Part shown: positions 21,289 to 36,459 of the stretch, piece by piece | Numbering within the stretch: the first letter of the stretch is position 1 | Layout of the letters: each line of letters opens with the position of its first letter | Source: Antedon mediterranea | Lineage: Eukaryota > Animalia > Echinodermata | Length of the DNA stretch: 64,000 bases | Reading direction: 5' to 3' | Assembly (NCBI RefSeq): GCF_964355755.1 | Contig: NC_092673.1 | Location: 6,138,001-6,202,000 of the forward strand | Position numbers and translations under genes: made by a program | The notes under the pieces: generated by a model | Told to the model about the DNA's origin: nothing | Seen by the model: the letters and a program-made list of their open reading frames with translations, nothing else | Databases searched by the model: none

Positions 21289-24200
21289 CTATTTTGGTTT
21301 AGGATTAGAAAATTTCTTAAGGTCTGCAATTTGAGTCCACAAAAGGTTTTTCAAGTCATTTAAAATAAGAGAGTGTTTTAATTGCATTTCTGAGTCTGTA
21401 GTTACTAACTGGAGACATTTATCCAAGTTCTCTCGAATTTTAACTTTGATACTATCTGGCGCACGATACAGTAAGTAATCATACATTACACTGCAAATTT
21501 TACGTAGATTTGGATACAATATTTCACCAGTACAATGTTGCGTATCCATGTTACACAAAGATCTACAATCATTCCCAACGACACAGTCTGCGTTTTTGTG
21601 ACAAGGGAATTCTTTTAATGTTGAAACAAGTTTATTTTCAAGAAAAATGTTGTCTAAATCAAGTACTTTAACATCAAAATTGTTAGTAAAGCCTATAGAA
21701 TGTTGATTTGCACTGCAAAAATGCATATTTCCTTTCGGGCTATCATACATTTCTTCGACAAATTCTAACAATCCAACAGCTATATGTGCTTTATGGTTCC
21801 AAAGCGGTGCAGATGCTTGCTCACTGGCTGATCTAAGACCAGATGGAAGAACAGCGTTAATGACACCAGGAAGTCTGCTGCCATATAACTGATACTCCAT
21901 CACTCCTTCTGTAATATACATACTACCACAGAACCCATACAACTTTGGTATGTGGTCACTGTCACTTAAAAGCATAGTGGTAAGGAAGTCCTTCTCTTGC
22001 AGAAGTGCCCAGATGGTCTTTGCTTCTGCCAGTGAAACTTTACCATCATTATTAACATCAGCAACTTCTAAAATTTTCATCAGAACTCCTTCGTGGTTGC
22101 CTTCGCCAAATTTGCGTGCAAGATAACCAGATAGCATGATGCGAAAGTCGTCCATCGACTGTCCTTTTTCTGGTTTAGCAAAAGCTACTTCTGCTGGTTC
22201 TATTCGTTGTTTTATTGTAAGATAAATATCAGGACTCTTTTTCTTCCTTTCTTTAATGCCTTTAATTAATCCTTCATATACCTAAAAGAAAAACGAAAGA
22301 AATTATTTACAATTGTGTATTTTTATTAAGATTCACATTTTTTTTGAGAATTTTGAAAATATTATAGTAAAGTATATTTTTATACAAAAATCAACAATAC
22401 TTATTTTGTACAATACTTGTGTTTATACTGTAAATACTTGTATACAATCAATTCCCATTAATTACAATATCTTTTCATGCTGTGTTCACATCCAGAATAG
22501 ATAATATTTTTTACGAGATTTTTTAGATCTTTTTTCAAACTTTTTAAGATCAATTTTGTTTCCAGACTTTCTAAGATCCAGTTTTTAAGTTTGTTTTCCA
22601 TACTTTCAAGACGAGCTATAGAGCTTCACGGTCTCTTTAGAAGCCACAGACATTCTTTTCAAACAAACAAATGAAATAATAAAGAAATTAACTAGTACAT
22701 GCTTCTATTAAAGAAATAACTAGTGCATGCTTCTATTAAAGATATTAACTAGTGTATGCTTCTGCGGGGTTAGATTTGGTAGAAAGTATCCAAAATAACA
22801 GCCTCTGCTGTTATTTTTAAACAATTTAAAAAACAGATCTTGTTTTTTCTGTAGATCCGGAAGGAAGGCTAGCATGTTTAATCAACAAGCTACAGGGATT
22901 GTACATTGCCATCGCATTCAGAACAAGTTGATTCTACAAGCATATTTACAGGTCGAATTTGCTATAATCCCTACTACAACATCCTAGTTATGAAATCAAA
23001 ATACAATAATATATATTGATATTGATATCATTTCATATCAATTTGTAGACACACTGCCTAGCTTATATCAATGGTTTTACTATTTTGAGCATTTATCAGA
23101 TTACTAAAAGTAATAATGTTAATTAACATGTTAAACTAGACGCCAGTCTTATTCACCCAAATAATGATGTGAGGTTGAAGTTGATGAAAAGTTGTGAAAA
23201 TCATGTTGTTTATGCAAGAAAACAAATCTAAATTATAATATAATGATTACAATTACAGTGTGAATATGAATTTGAAAAAATATCTTGATTGATGATTTCT
23301 GACACAATCTAATATATCAATAAATTAAATACACTACAATGTTGAACAATAATTAGCTAAATATAGAACACATCATTTTATAATTACATGATAACTATGT
23401 AATATATGTTAATAATTTTGTTTTGATTCAAATTTTTTTCAAAGTGGATATAAACTATAATGTGACCATTAGAATGGCACAACAAAAAATGTAAAAATTA
23501 TTTTTTCAGGGTGACAATATTATCTTTAATAACATTGTTATTTTGTCATTTTATATGAGAAAACATTATTCTTTGTTTTTTGTTTTTACGAAAGGGATTA
23601 ACTTTATTAAAACTACAACTTATTCAAAGTCTAATTTAATTAATCTTAATTTGTTATGTTTTTGGGGGACAATACATCTTTAATGCATTAACTACAAAAA
23701 CACATCTTAGTGTATCCTTGTCATTTGACTGGTTCATGTCATGTGCCGTATAGTAAAAGTTCTATTTAATGGCAGCTTTTATTGTAAAAATGTTTAAAAT
23801 TTTGTTGAGTTTGTGCACAAATTTATCTCATGAATTAAGTTAAAACTTTATAGAAAGGATATATTAATTAGCCACAAACGGATACATTGCTAGTTTTATA
23901 AATTCAAAGGAAATAACCAAGCATGTGTATTAAATTTTTTTTAAAGTTTGTGAAGACTATATGAGAAATATTTTTCTCAACTATAATTTGCATCAAATTG
24001 CTCTTGAATAAAGCATGATTTAAAGTGCTTTTTGCTTTGATAGCATAGCAATATGTCTGATGACAAGATAAATGGCAATAATCGGCTGACCAGATAGAAA
24101 TTAAAGAGGATTTCAACATCATTTAGTAATAATAGTATAACTATGGATATTTATAGCAAAAATATCCAAATAAAAATGACCTTAAAGCACTGATATGAAG

Positions 24201-25767
24201 ATGGATAACACATTTCAGTAACATTCTCTTTTTCTGTATCTTCGTCTATCTACAACAGAAACAGTATACAAATTGACTGGGTTGAGAGGGGCAAGGTTTA
24301 AAATATGGGTGATTTTTATATATCTTGAGACGAAAGTAGAGGAATGTACTGTAGATAACAGTATTCTCCAGATTACTGAAGGCTATATTTTGCCCCGATA
24401 AAGAAACAAGCTATCGACACATGTAGGGCAATATGATGTAAATAACTATAGATTATGACATCAACTTTACCGCAGATTGCTTTAATGCTCAGGGGTAAAG
24501 TCCAGAAAAAAAGTACACCTGAATATAGCCAAACTTGTGGGGAAAAAAACGCGTCCTATCAAGTAACAACCCATGATTAAATTGGTAATCCTTGCTGGTA
24601 CCATTAAACATAATGATATTAAAACATACTGATTGAGTTTGTTTTATTTGTTCTCTAACATTAAATTTAATATCAATAATAAACATTTGTGCGTTTTCAA
24701 TGAGGTCTCATGACCATTAAAATGCTCTTCAATTGTAGTTTTTAATGTTTAATGTAGGTGTTCCAGCTCACAATTGATGTACAGTTGGGTGGCCGAGTAG
24801 TTAAGACAGTGGAACTGTAATCCATGGTAAGGGGTTGAGGCTCACTCACTCACACGTGGTACGGTGATAGAACAAGTCTATTTGGATAAGGACTATATAA
24901 ACCATAGGTCCAGTGTACACAAAATGCTCATGTGAATCTAGTACATCTTTTGAGACAAGTAAGGGGATACCTCGGTGAACTAGCTCACACAGCCACTGTT
25001 GTGGACAGACAGACAGATTGTGCTGTATTTGGAAGCACTGACATGATCTTTAGGGGAGAAGCATGTAATTGTGAAGTGTAACATCTGAGTCCACAGTGCA
25101 TTGAGAAGACATTGTTTGTGGAATGTGCTATATGAAATTAATTAATTAACATATGTCTTGTGTGTTTATAAATGATCATAATGTCTCTACATACCTGAAA
25201 CGATGGATCTGATGAGATACATCTTTTGATCTGAATAAAGTCTGTGTCACAAATCTCCAAGCATTTGGTGCCACTAATAATTCCTTTCTTGAAACGATTG
25301 CACTAAAAATAAAAGCATTTAGATTAGTGTAGCTCAATGCTAATGCTACGTCGTTAGTATCATAAATGTAGTATAACTTATACTACATTTATGATAAGTA
25401 TCGTTGTCATCTCTAGTTTACAGTAAGATAAAAACAAAAAAATTCAATTTTCACGCAAAGTAAAAACATACATAGTCACCTATGTACAATCGCTCTGGAA
25501 AAGCAGTTAATTAACCCTGAAAGTTTTTAACAGCTAATTAAATTATCAATTTCTGGAATTATAATAATAGCATTGTAACTGCAAATTTGTCAACTTTATT
25601 TTCTTGCTATTAAAACCCATTATATTCGTACTCACTGTTAGTGTTCTAATGAGATTTATATTGCATAGTTGGTCTTCAACCGGCGAGTCTATATAAAACC
25701 ACCATCCTAGACAAAACACCAACATCCATAGTAAAATAACATACTTCATTTTGAAATGGGAACGGTG
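21289..25767 (-). CDS. DIPK1: Divergent protein kinase domain 1 (DIPK1/FAM69)-like; exons 25636-25767, 25195-25302, 21289-22281; first coding exon not fixed
   Basis: TM exon (KMKYVILLWMLVFCLGWW), Cys-rich exon CNRFKKGIISGTKCLEIC, EF-hand DVNNDGKVSLAEAKTIWALL, PKLYGFCG, C-terminal LILNDLKNLLW; all phase-0 GT-AG junctions. Confidence 0.92.
24780..25135 (+). mobile_element. tRNA-derived SINE with Deu/Nin-like core
   Basis: A box GTGGCCGAGTAG, degenerate B box, core GGATAAGGACTAT..AAACC.TAGGTCCAGTGTACAC shared with 55777-56070. Confidence 0.75.
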
Positions 25768-25806
25768 CTGAAAGAAAAAAAACATTTGAACAAGTTTATT
25801 TACAAC

Positions 25807-26255
25807 AAGCATTGTGGGATATGATAAAACAAAACTCCTGTAATAACTTTGCCATCCAGTATGTTAAATAGGGATGTGATCATACAAAATTCTGTTAACT
25901 TTAGTATGTTAAAAAAACAATGGATAGGATCACAAGACTCCTGTTAACTTTGCCATTCAGTATGTTAACACCCATTACAACACAAAACTCTGTAAAAACT
26001 TTGCCATCCCGTACGTTAAATAAGGAAGTGTGGGATGTGATCATACAAAATTCTGTTAAACCTTTCCATCTAGTATGTATTGTTAAGCACAAGCATTGTG
26101 GGATATTACAACACAAAACTCTGTTAAACCTTTCCATCCAGTATGTTAAGCACAAGCATTGTGGGATATGATAACACAAAACTCTGTTAACCTTTCCATT
26201 GAATATGCTAAGTTCAAGCTTTGTGGGATATGATAACTCTGCTAACTTTCCCATC
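25807..26255. repeat. Degenerate about 60-bp minisatellite (about 7 units)
   Basis: Recurring TGTGGGATA..ACAAAACTCTGTTAAC.TT.CCATCCAGTATGTTAA. Confidence 0.85.
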
Positions 26256-26997
26256 TGAAGCCAAGATTTTATAGCAAGGTTCTTTTTTTTTAACAAAGGG
26301 GCATAACCGTCATGAGCTAGTTAGGCCTATTTACTAGCACTTTCACTGCTGATGGGAGCTTCATATAAACCTTTGAACTCTTATCTACAGGCTTGATCCA
26401 GTATGTTTAACAACAATCATTTTAAAATGATTGATAAACACAAATTAACTTCGGCCATCAAGTGTGTTAACAAAAACGAAAGCTTGATATATCAGTGTTG
26501 GAATATTTACATAATTTGTGCCAATTTAAAATACATTTTAAAGTTCAAATATGATAATTTCATTCAAGAATCAAATTACTCCTCTTAAAAGTAGAAAATC
26601 AATATTTAAAAAAATAGTAGACAGAAATACTATGCCAATTCATATTGACGACGTCATTATAGAGTGAATTGTACAATACACAAGTTAATTAAAATATGAA
26701 TATTGTTTATGCTTTAAATTTGTACAAATACTAAATGCAAATGTTTTATAAATATAGAATTTTTTTATTGCACTCTTTTGTATACAGACATATTTTTTAG
26801 ATGTTTATCACATAAAATTATTACCAAAAAAAAATTGAGCTTATTTTTTATATTTATTTCCATCCATTATTGTTGTTTTTTATATTCTGTAAATGCTGAA
26901 CTGAATTTTTTAAATATAAAACTTTTCCCACATACAGGTGAGTTTTTATTCAAAGCCAATTGATACACAAGTTGCTATTATATAAGTATTAAACAGT

Positions 26998-27066
26998 GGA
27001 CTTCTGACAGGGTTTGAAACCAGGACTCGGGGACGTTAGGCAAGCACCTTAACCACACAGCTACTC
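26998..27066 (-). pseudogene. tRNA-derived SINE head remnant
   Basis: Minus strand GTAGCTGTGTGGTTAAG...GGTTTCAAACCC (A/B boxes); no intact cloverleaf. Confidence 0.45.
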
Positions 27067-28149
27067 AAATACAGTACATGTGTAGTATGAATTAATATCA
27101 CCCTAGGAATACAGAAAATGCAAGATTCTGCACGTAATGTAAACCATATTTCATTAAAAGATAAATAGAGAATCATCAAACAAGATTTAGATACCTATCT
27201 AGATACATCATAGATTTGACATTTATTATTTATGTGAACGACTTTAGCAAAAAACCTTGAAAAGTGAAATCCACACAGCTAGCTACATGCCTGATGCGTT
27301 GCTGAACAAGAGCAGAGTACAAATTGTTATTACAATGTGATTATATAAACCTAATGCATTCAAAATATCAACTAAAATTGCATGTTGGAATGCAGTAGAT
27401 CTATCTGTTGGTATAAGATGGGCCTGAGGATTATTATTGAAAATGCTGCTATACAAGAACGACGTACATTTTTAAACTTCTAAACACATACAAATTATTT
27501 ACCTGAAAAAACTGACTGGAAGTCAATGGGTTTTTGGTTGAATTTAACAGTTTATTTATTTTTTTTTATGTGAATTTTTGTTTTGTTTTTATTCTACAAA
27601 AGTTTAAAAAAGTTTTTTTAATATTAAAACTGTGAAATAGCATATTCAAAGACTTTTTTCTTATCAATCTTCATTTTTCATGTTTTTGGGGACAACACAT
27701 CTCTAAGAATCTATTGAACTGATAGTTTGAAAAACTATGTGAAGCTGTTATGTCATAACTGTGACGACTGACATACATTAACCCATTACACATGGGATAT
27801 CTACAGTGTATACACAGACTGACAAACGATCTATAAAATATAGATATGATGTGCTAACTATTGTCTACACTTGGAAATCTAATTACATTTATAATGCTTC
27901 TCTACAGTCAAATTCCCATAGGTAAAATCATGCTATAAGTTGGTTTATTACCTAGTCTGTGATTTCCTTCACTGTAGATATTTTATCTCATATCTCTCAT
28001 AGATAATTCTGATATATAAGTTGAAACTAGACAATAATCTAATCATGTCAAAATTAATTTAATTAAAAGATAAAAATATGTTGTCAAAATGTACATTATT
28101 TTATCAAATGTACCACACCATTTGCAGATTTTGGATGATGATATATTTA

Positions 28150-28560
28150 AGACGTCATCAAAATCAAATTAAGAAATGGAGATGGGCAGGACACTCCTTG
28201 CCAGAACGAATGACAACAGATGGAGAAAACTTATCACAGGAGACTCTAAAGCCCTGTCTACACTATCAAACTAGTTTGACAAAAAAAGTGTAATGTGCCC
28301 AAATATGGTAGTGATATGTTCAATATGGTAGAGATATGACATTAGCATGTCCAAATATGGGCACAAATTTGTCTCATACAGTAAAGTTCGATAATGTAGA
28401 CAGAGCTTTAAAACAGGCACACAAAAGGGCCAAAGATATGAGATCATAGCATTCGCTGGTATACTGTACCCTTTATGAGGGCTGTCAGGACAGAAAGGAA
28501 TTGGTTCAGCTTTGGGAAGCCTTTGCCCTGCAGTGAGCTGACAATGGTTGATATGATGAT
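28150..28560 (+). mobile_element. RTE-clade LINE 3' fragment split by a MITE
   Basis: KKWRWAGH...RMT motif; 3' end GAAGCCTTTGCCCTGCAGTG...TGATGAT tail. Confidence 0.65.
28249..28408. mobile_element. MITE family AAGC(T/C)CTGTCTACACTATC (TA TSD)
   Basis: Terminal inverted repeats; other copies at 38164-38380 and partial at 19680-19775. Confidence 0.75.
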
Positions 28561-29268
28561 AACTATATCTTTGGCACAGAATATATGAAATAAATTTAAG
28601 TTAAATTGAAATTAAATGAAAGAAAAAAGATTTTACAATAGATGTGCAAAAAGGACGGAGGTTTACGGCGCCCTCAATATTTCGTTACATGCGAAACAGA
28701 TTTTTTACTGGCTTACGAAAACGAATACATGTGCGTGACGTATCCATTTTCATTATCGTATTCGTCTCTAATTACGGTTTTGTTATTTTTCTTTAGAAAC
28801 AAATGAAATGTTTATAAAATTAGTAAATCATAGCATGCGAAGATATATTCAGTTCTGCTGTAGAAAAACACTTATCTGGAGCAGTTGAACACCCGAAAAC
28901 TTGAACAAGAATTAATATGAAATCAGTAGTACTTTACAAAATACTCGGCGCTTCTTTGAATCAGGTTGAATATTTTATAACGATGTTGTACTACATTAGG
29001 TTTTTATCATTCGCTATGATCGATGTCGACTCGATGTCTCGATGTTCGAAAGTGCATAATATTAAATGTAATCATCTATACCATTTAACGCATCGAGTAC
29101 TAAAAGGCACGGTGATTGGTTTTTGTTTATGATTTTACAATGTTCAGTTAATTACTTGATATTAAGTACTTTATTTTGATGCCCTCTAGGGAATAAAATT
29201 GGTTGCATATTGTAGTTTGTTCATATTAATGAAGACCCAGTTGTGGCAAATTAGGTACCAGTTCTTAA

Positions 29269-30107
29269 CCCTTTCACTGCGAGGCATTATTCCCACCTCT
29301 GTGCGTAATATATATTTAAGAAAAACATCATATTTTAATAAATTGCAAAAAAATACTAATTGAGATAATTGTGTCATTATTTTTGTGGTGTGTGATGGGC
29401 AAAGGGTTAGTCTACATAGGTATAAAAAAAAGAAGTAATTTGCATATTGATGATGTCATGTGACATCATTACAGGTATTTTGGATTTCGTGTTTTTTATC
29501 GAATCAATGATAAAAACTATATTTTCTATAAGAAATTCTTATGGAATACGTTTTTCCAACTGGATATTGATGAAGATACGTATAACAAATAAATATATTT
29601 AAAAAAATTGAATTGTTTTTATTGTTTTATAGTTTTGGGACAAAATCGTGAAAATAATGACAGTTTCCAAAAATTCACTACAGAACAAAAAAACTAACTA
29701 TTGTTTAAGAATTTTTTTTTTGCATGTTGTGATAAACACGATGTTGCCATATTGGGGCTGGTAAAATGTTGTTACTTTCAAAATGGCCGCCATTACGCTA
29801 TACAAAACTACTTTTCAAAGTAGAAATACTATTACATATGATATACTATAATTAATTAATTATTTAACTATAGAGGGCGCATTATTTTCAAGACGATGAT
29901 ACAACTATAGAGGGCTGTTTTTTTGCTGGAAAAAATTGTAATGACTTGCAAAAATATTCAAGTTCGTCTAAAAAATATAGAGGGTGCTATATATTATAGG
30001 CAAACACGATTAAATCATTGTTTTGCCTATACCCGGTATTACCGTGTATACGTATTTCAACGACGTCTGTTTATACCCGGTAGTACAGGGTATACACAGT
30101 GAAGGGG
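29269..30107. mobile_element. piggyBac-like non-autonomous element
   Basis: TTAA TSD, TIR CCCTTTCACTG / CAGTGAAGGGG. Confidence 0.7.
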
Positions 30108-32074
30108 TTAAAACGAAAACAAAACATCATTACCTAATCAATAGATAATAAATAAATAATTTGGAAGCCTCTCAAAATATTATTATAGTCTCAATGTTTC
30201 TCAATAATATTTTTCTAAATTTTAACATGCTTCTTTCCAAAAATATATAAAATTAACATTTTAAACCACCCAGTTATATATTGAATTAATTTTGGAACGA
30301 TAACATAACATAAATCTCTTTATTCATCTCAGAAACGAACCAAAAGAAGCAAGGAGTAAAACATATTTTTAACAATGAAAGGGACCTCCAAGAAACCCCA
30401 CTAAAATCTAGTTAAACATTTAAATTAAGATACCGTAAAAAGAATAAATAAATAAATAGATGAATAGACCATTAATTATAAAATAACAGGGGACGCGCAT
30501 TGTTAGGGAATACCATTGCCAAGACAACCAAATACCAGATGAGGTTTGAAACAGAAGCAGAAAGGTTAAATGAACGCACACAGGCCTACATACTGCACAT
30601 TACATACATACACATGCAAGCATGTAATCATGGCATAATATAGACATTAGCTAATAGTATAAATTAATATAAATAAATTAACAAAGATGAAGCTTGTTTA
30701 AGCGTGGTGTCAATGCTGTTCCATATTTCAGGAGCAACACATGCATTAAGACTAATAAAGATGAGGAAAGCTACTGATTTTACCTTTACCGCTATAACTA
30801 CCATACAATATCTATAAAACTGAAATTAAGTTTTAAGTTATACTATTTTGATTAAAGAGATTGAAATTGATCATTTGAATAGTATGTGGTTATTGTCATT
30901 GTTTAAATTAAGGAATTAAACAATGTTTCTTTTCCATAGAGCCACTTGGCAGGATGCTGTTAGAGAGGAACATGACTCATTAGCTTGTACATTAAAAAAT
31001 AATTTCTATTTCAAGATCCAATAATTTAAATTTGTTTAAGTGATTAATTTCCTAATGCTATTATATCATCCACCATCTAATTAATACCACACATCGTTTT
31101 ACGTTCTTGATACTAAACTGAATTCCTTAATAATATAGTTAAACAGCCAACCTTCGCAACAATACCAAACTCTCAGACAACCAGAAACTCTCTCAAAACC
31201 AGACTTTTCTTGAGGTCCAAAAGATCTCAAATTCATTTTCACCATTAAAAACACATTCCAGACTTTCTATAAAACTGGACATACAGTATTAGGCCAGCAC
31301 AAGGATGGTATTCGGTATTGGGATAGTTTTTATTAATAATTTTATAATATTTTATTTATTATTTATAATTTTTGTCATATTTTATTAATAAATATGTAAT
31401 ATTATATATATTTTTAAATGTGCTAGAAAGAATTTGTTTAAAAAGTGAAAACAAGATAATTACCATAATACAATTTCTTATTAAATCTGAAAGGAATATT
31501 TAACATTTCTTGTCATTTTAATTTGCTGTCAATTTATACTTATAATTTTGTGGCCACAGTAAATAGGAAAAATATCTATGAATTCTAATGAATAATCAAT
31601 GTTTTAATGAGAATACTTTTGGGGCGTGTTACGAAAGTAATTATGATAGTGTTGTTAAAGTGGATCTTAGTTAGAGGAGCATTTTTTAACACTTTACTTT
31701 CAACAACATACTTCAAACGATGTTAAATTGCTTTCTATATACAGAAAGGAACGAGAGAAGCAAGGATACAGTATATTTTAAATATCTTAACAGATATGTT
31801 TTGTACATTATCACCATACTCTTGGGTTTTGTCCAATTGGTTAAACCATTATGGGTATCTACTAAAAAAATGTTATCTACTTTAGTAAATGTAGCATCCA
31901 TTTACAGCATGCTAGTATAAAAAAGCATGCACTCTCAGAAGACTGGCAAATTACATGTGTGCTAGAGTATACAAATCCTATGGGTTAGCAAATGGTGTAC
32001 AGCAGAGCCCCTATTAAAGGGACACCTCCGAGACCAACAAAGGAATTGTCCCTTGATTTTCACAGACCAATTGC

Positions 32075-32205
32075 CACAATCCCATCATTCGGCCTGATGA
32101 TACGACTTGGATAGGTTGTGAAACATCGCTGTTAAAAACAAGTTAAGTCCAGTTGACTAGATTTATTTTTCCAAATTTAACACTAGCTGGATGAATGACA
32201 ATTAA
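32075..32205 (+). mobile_element. Penelope-like pLTR remnant with hammerhead ribozyme core, nested in a MITE-like repeat
   Basis: CGGC-CTGATGA(32094)-T-ACGAC-loop-GTTGT-GAAA-CATC-GCTG; downstream AAGTCCAGTTG...CTGGATGA. Confidence 0.65.
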
Positions 32206-35200
32206 AGCATATCTGTATATTTTCCTTGATGTTTCATAGGAAAGTGTTCCCTTATAGGGGTCCACTGAAACGGGTGTCTTCTAAGGAAGATGTATATGGT
32301 ATTGCCTCAAAGGGGGATGGTTTTATATTAAGCATGGGTTGATATGCAGTCATATGGTATAATTTATGTATACTTTCATGGCACTGTACTGTAATGCATT
32401 TTTTGACAAATTAAATGTTCACTTTAATTTTAACTTTCAAGATGATCTAATCAATTGTTTGCCCAATGGCTAGAATTACAAGAATCTGACGACATTACTG
32501 CATCTCTAGGTATCGATCTTGAATACACAAACTTAAGACTCTTAAGGGAATCAATATAACAACACTTACGACGACAATTTAAATGCATGAATTTACAGGA
32601 CTGGACAAACAAGACAGAATATGCAGGTATGTTAAAGTATTTATTAATATATAAATCAAGATGTAGCAGACTTGAAAACTGGTTCATAATCAAGTATGTC
32701 GTTAGCATGGTTCACATAAAACTATGTGAACAAGTCACTGTATTTAAAATGGTATTGAATTTGTTAAAATCAAGAGCCTATTAATATTATTAAAGCTATG
32801 AAACAGAGATGGATGTGAAGTATATATCAGCACTCAAATTAAAATACTGTATGGGATATACCCACATCAGGGATTCCTTCCTTCTCAAACTCTTGGCGAC
32901 TCCTATCCTATCAAACTGTTTATTGGATTCAAATTTTAAATTCTAAAAAATAAAAGCTAATTAAATAAATTAATATCCGAAATATAAACAAATTAAAAAT
33001 CATATTTAATACTTAATTTTTTATATTAGAAACGCTATTAAGGGGAGATCTTCAGGACCCAAACAAAGTGTACTATTAATATAATGTCTCATGAATAGGT
33101 TGTGTGGGTTTAAACTTGCACTGAAGTTGACCAGGGTTCAATTAGACCCAACTCTTGACGTCACCACTCAAGTAACCTCTGGACATTCATGTTAAAAATT
33201 CCAACCTAATTAAAGCATCAAATAATGTATAGTTCGTCGGATGAACTTACAACAATTTGACGCACTTGCTCTCTCCTCCGTCAATATTGATTGAAACAGT
33301 ACCTGAAAAAACCTGAGATTCATAAGCTGTGCAATCAATAGATATACACTTGTGTAGTGAATTTATAGAGTCGGTTCCGAGCGTATGCTTTCTCTGGCGT
33401 ATTAAATCCACGAGACCGTCCACTGAGACTGCCAAATGATTCCACATACAAAAGTATACTTTATTCAACTAAAACTTTTATTTCTTGTAACTGAGTATTA
33501 ATACAACTTTCTATCAGTCTAGACCTTTCGTCTCTATACTCTATACGTCTTTCTACTTTGATCTTATTTTTTCTCTTCTCCTCTAATATCTATCTATAAC
33601 ATTTTACTACTTATACTTGACATGCAAATTATGGGCTTCTGAGGAGGATCAAATGATGCCTCCAAAGTTTCCCACCAAAATTATACAATCTGATTGGCTT
33701 ATAAATTAAGCAGACCTAGTATGAAACATCCTTTATCTAACCACAGGAAATCAGATACTTTTTATGACAACTTGAAACTACTGTACATAACCTGGCTACT
33801 CATGTATTTCCAGAAAAATGTAACTGTAGATCTATAAAGATTTAGAAAGCTGAAAGAATTAACCTGCCTACTAGATCCTGCATTAAACCAATTTTCTTCT
33901 GATCTATTATTTGTTATGAGATAATAAATGGTATTTGATAATTAACGCATCCAGAACTAGAACTATAGCTTACAATACTGTACATTTATAGTTGTCATTC
34001 ATCCAGGCCAATATATACAGTATATAAAATCAGCTGGACTCTCAGTAATTGTTACTGACAATGTTTCATGTTTAGTCCTAGATGCATCAGGCTGACTGTT
34101 GTAGAGTTCAAAAAGTTTCACTGACCTGTGATGTTCAGGTCAGAGGTGGAAATTGAAAATTTAATTATTAACAAATAATGCATAAATATTACTTTCAAAA
34201 CATTAAACCAGGTTATTCCTTTTCTACGTTTTATGGTTATACAATAAAAAGGGGCAGAAAATGCACTATCTAATTCACATCAAATTCCCTCTCATGGACG
34301 GTTTTGGCCTAGCCTAGAGGCTTAGTTTTAGGCCTAGTTGGTAACGTACAAACATCGTACGCTAGCTGCTATAGGCCTTGTCTGTAGTTGTCTAGTTGCT
34401 GTATTAATTGTCTTTTCTTTTTTAGCAGAATGGGGAAGACCTGGTATTTCCGCAGAAAAGTTACGGTTCTTCAACTTGTTTTGGTTTTTGCAAGCGATAT
34501 CAATCCACGAGCAATGCATGCTGCTATTTATAACTAAAATTATTAAAATGAGTATTGTGGTAAGCCTATAGTATTTAAATTTACATAAAATGAAGTTTGT
34601 GACCTTAAATTAGATTGGAAAAAGACGTATGGAATGTGGCTTTAATATATATGTATCAGAAAAATCATATTAACTTTGTTTTAAGTCAAAGAGTTATTTT
34701 TTGTAATTTTTCCTCTTAAACCTTAATTCATCTTTCTTAATACAAAGGCTGAAAACTCAGTAGGATTATTTTGGAAGATTAAAAAATCCATGTAAACAAT
34801 TTTGACAATATATTTGTGTTGTACATTTGTGTGAATTAGGTATTAGTGGTAAACCTAGTTTAATGCTGGGTGGAGGAAAATAAATAAATAAATTTAAAAC
34901 GTATATAAAATATAAACATTTCATTCACAATATTATTATTAATATTATTCTTTCCCCACATCAAGTTATATAATTAGCATTTCTCGTCATAAATTGATAA
35001 GCCCTGAAAATTCTACATCTGCCTTGATATACCTTTAATATCACTTTTAAGCTATATTCTCGGAATGAAATGTAAATGAGATGTTAGCTGTAATATTTGA
35101 CAGACAACACATAGACATGTGTAAGTAGCTAAACTCGGATGACCATTTGCAATATTAGATAACATGTCAAAAGTTCAAAATAAATCAAAATTCTTTTGGA

Positions 35201-36459
35201 ATAATGGATGCCTGATAAACATACGATACTAGAGAATATGTTTTTATCTTGTCTTTTTTGAAAAATCAAAAGTATTTCTTTAAGAAAATGAATTTACCTG
35301 AAATAATATTTGTGAAATTTTATTTTCTTTCTTAAATAATTAAAACAATAATTAAAAAAATAAATAAATACATCCTTAATCGTCAGAAACTACATGACAA
35401 ATCCACTTTTTTGGATTTGGGTCAATGTCCATTTTCTAAATTTCATTTCACGATTGAGCATTTTATAAAGATGCACTAACTATTAGAAAGTCACTAGGGT
35501 TTTCATGTTTCAATTGGTGCACTTCTTTTATCTTAATTGTGTGCTATGAGGAAAGCATTTGTTTTAAATGTTCACCCACACAGCAGAGATCAAACTGATA
35601 TTCCTTCACAAATCCATAACAGGAAAAGAGAAATATTGTTATTAATATCATTATTCTTCTTTATACTAGATTAAAAAAAAAGTACTGTATTTACTCCATA
35701 TCCAAGTATAAAATTCAATTAACACAGAAATGCTCGCTTTGAAAAATCACTTCTATCAAAATGAATATTGGATTAATATTGAATAACAGTAACAAGATAT
35801 TATTATCTTAACCAAAACGTTCATGCCTCTTTAATTACATAATTAATAGCGTCAACAATGGTTATTGGTTTTAATATTTCAAATATCAGGTAACAATGTG
35901 TCTTATTTATTAATACCAGTATGCTATCAATTTGTTTTAATTAACCTACTAAAACTGATAGCATCTTGAAATTTAAAGCGCTGCTGGTAAAGAGCTGGAC
36001 CGGATTCTGCTGCAATTAAATAACTATTTTAATGTTCCGTTAATAATTATCTTATCTTTTGGTAGAAAATATAGCGACCAATATGTATATATTGGTTAAA
36101 TATTTTCCTCAAAATAAAACCATAAAATGATGAAGTATTGGAAAGCTGTTAATATACAGCATTTGTTTTTTTAATTTGTTTGTGACCGGGTGATAACGAC
36201 ACATTTATTATTTTTTCATTCTTGGTGTGTATTGCTAGATTGTTGCTATGGCAGACCTACAGAAAATTGATGATTTTCTTATTTTAATTCATTAATAATG
36301 AAGCTTTTAAGCATCATTGCCCTTGGTAAACACATAGACTGGTATTAATACTAGCAACAGAGCATAACAAACTTTGCAAACGAATACAAAGATGAACTGA
36401 GGCATTGCTCACAATTTAACTCCTAACTAAACACAGTTCATTGTACTGTAATGCGCTGT

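Noticed and set aside
25901-26296. 131-aa ORF upstream of the DIPK1 TM exon
   Set aside because: Translation of the 60-bp minisatellite.
33251-33302. Coding exon of DIPK1
   Set aside because: Good splice signals, but 52 nt long and the frame needed for phase-0 joining contains a stop; at most a UTR exon.
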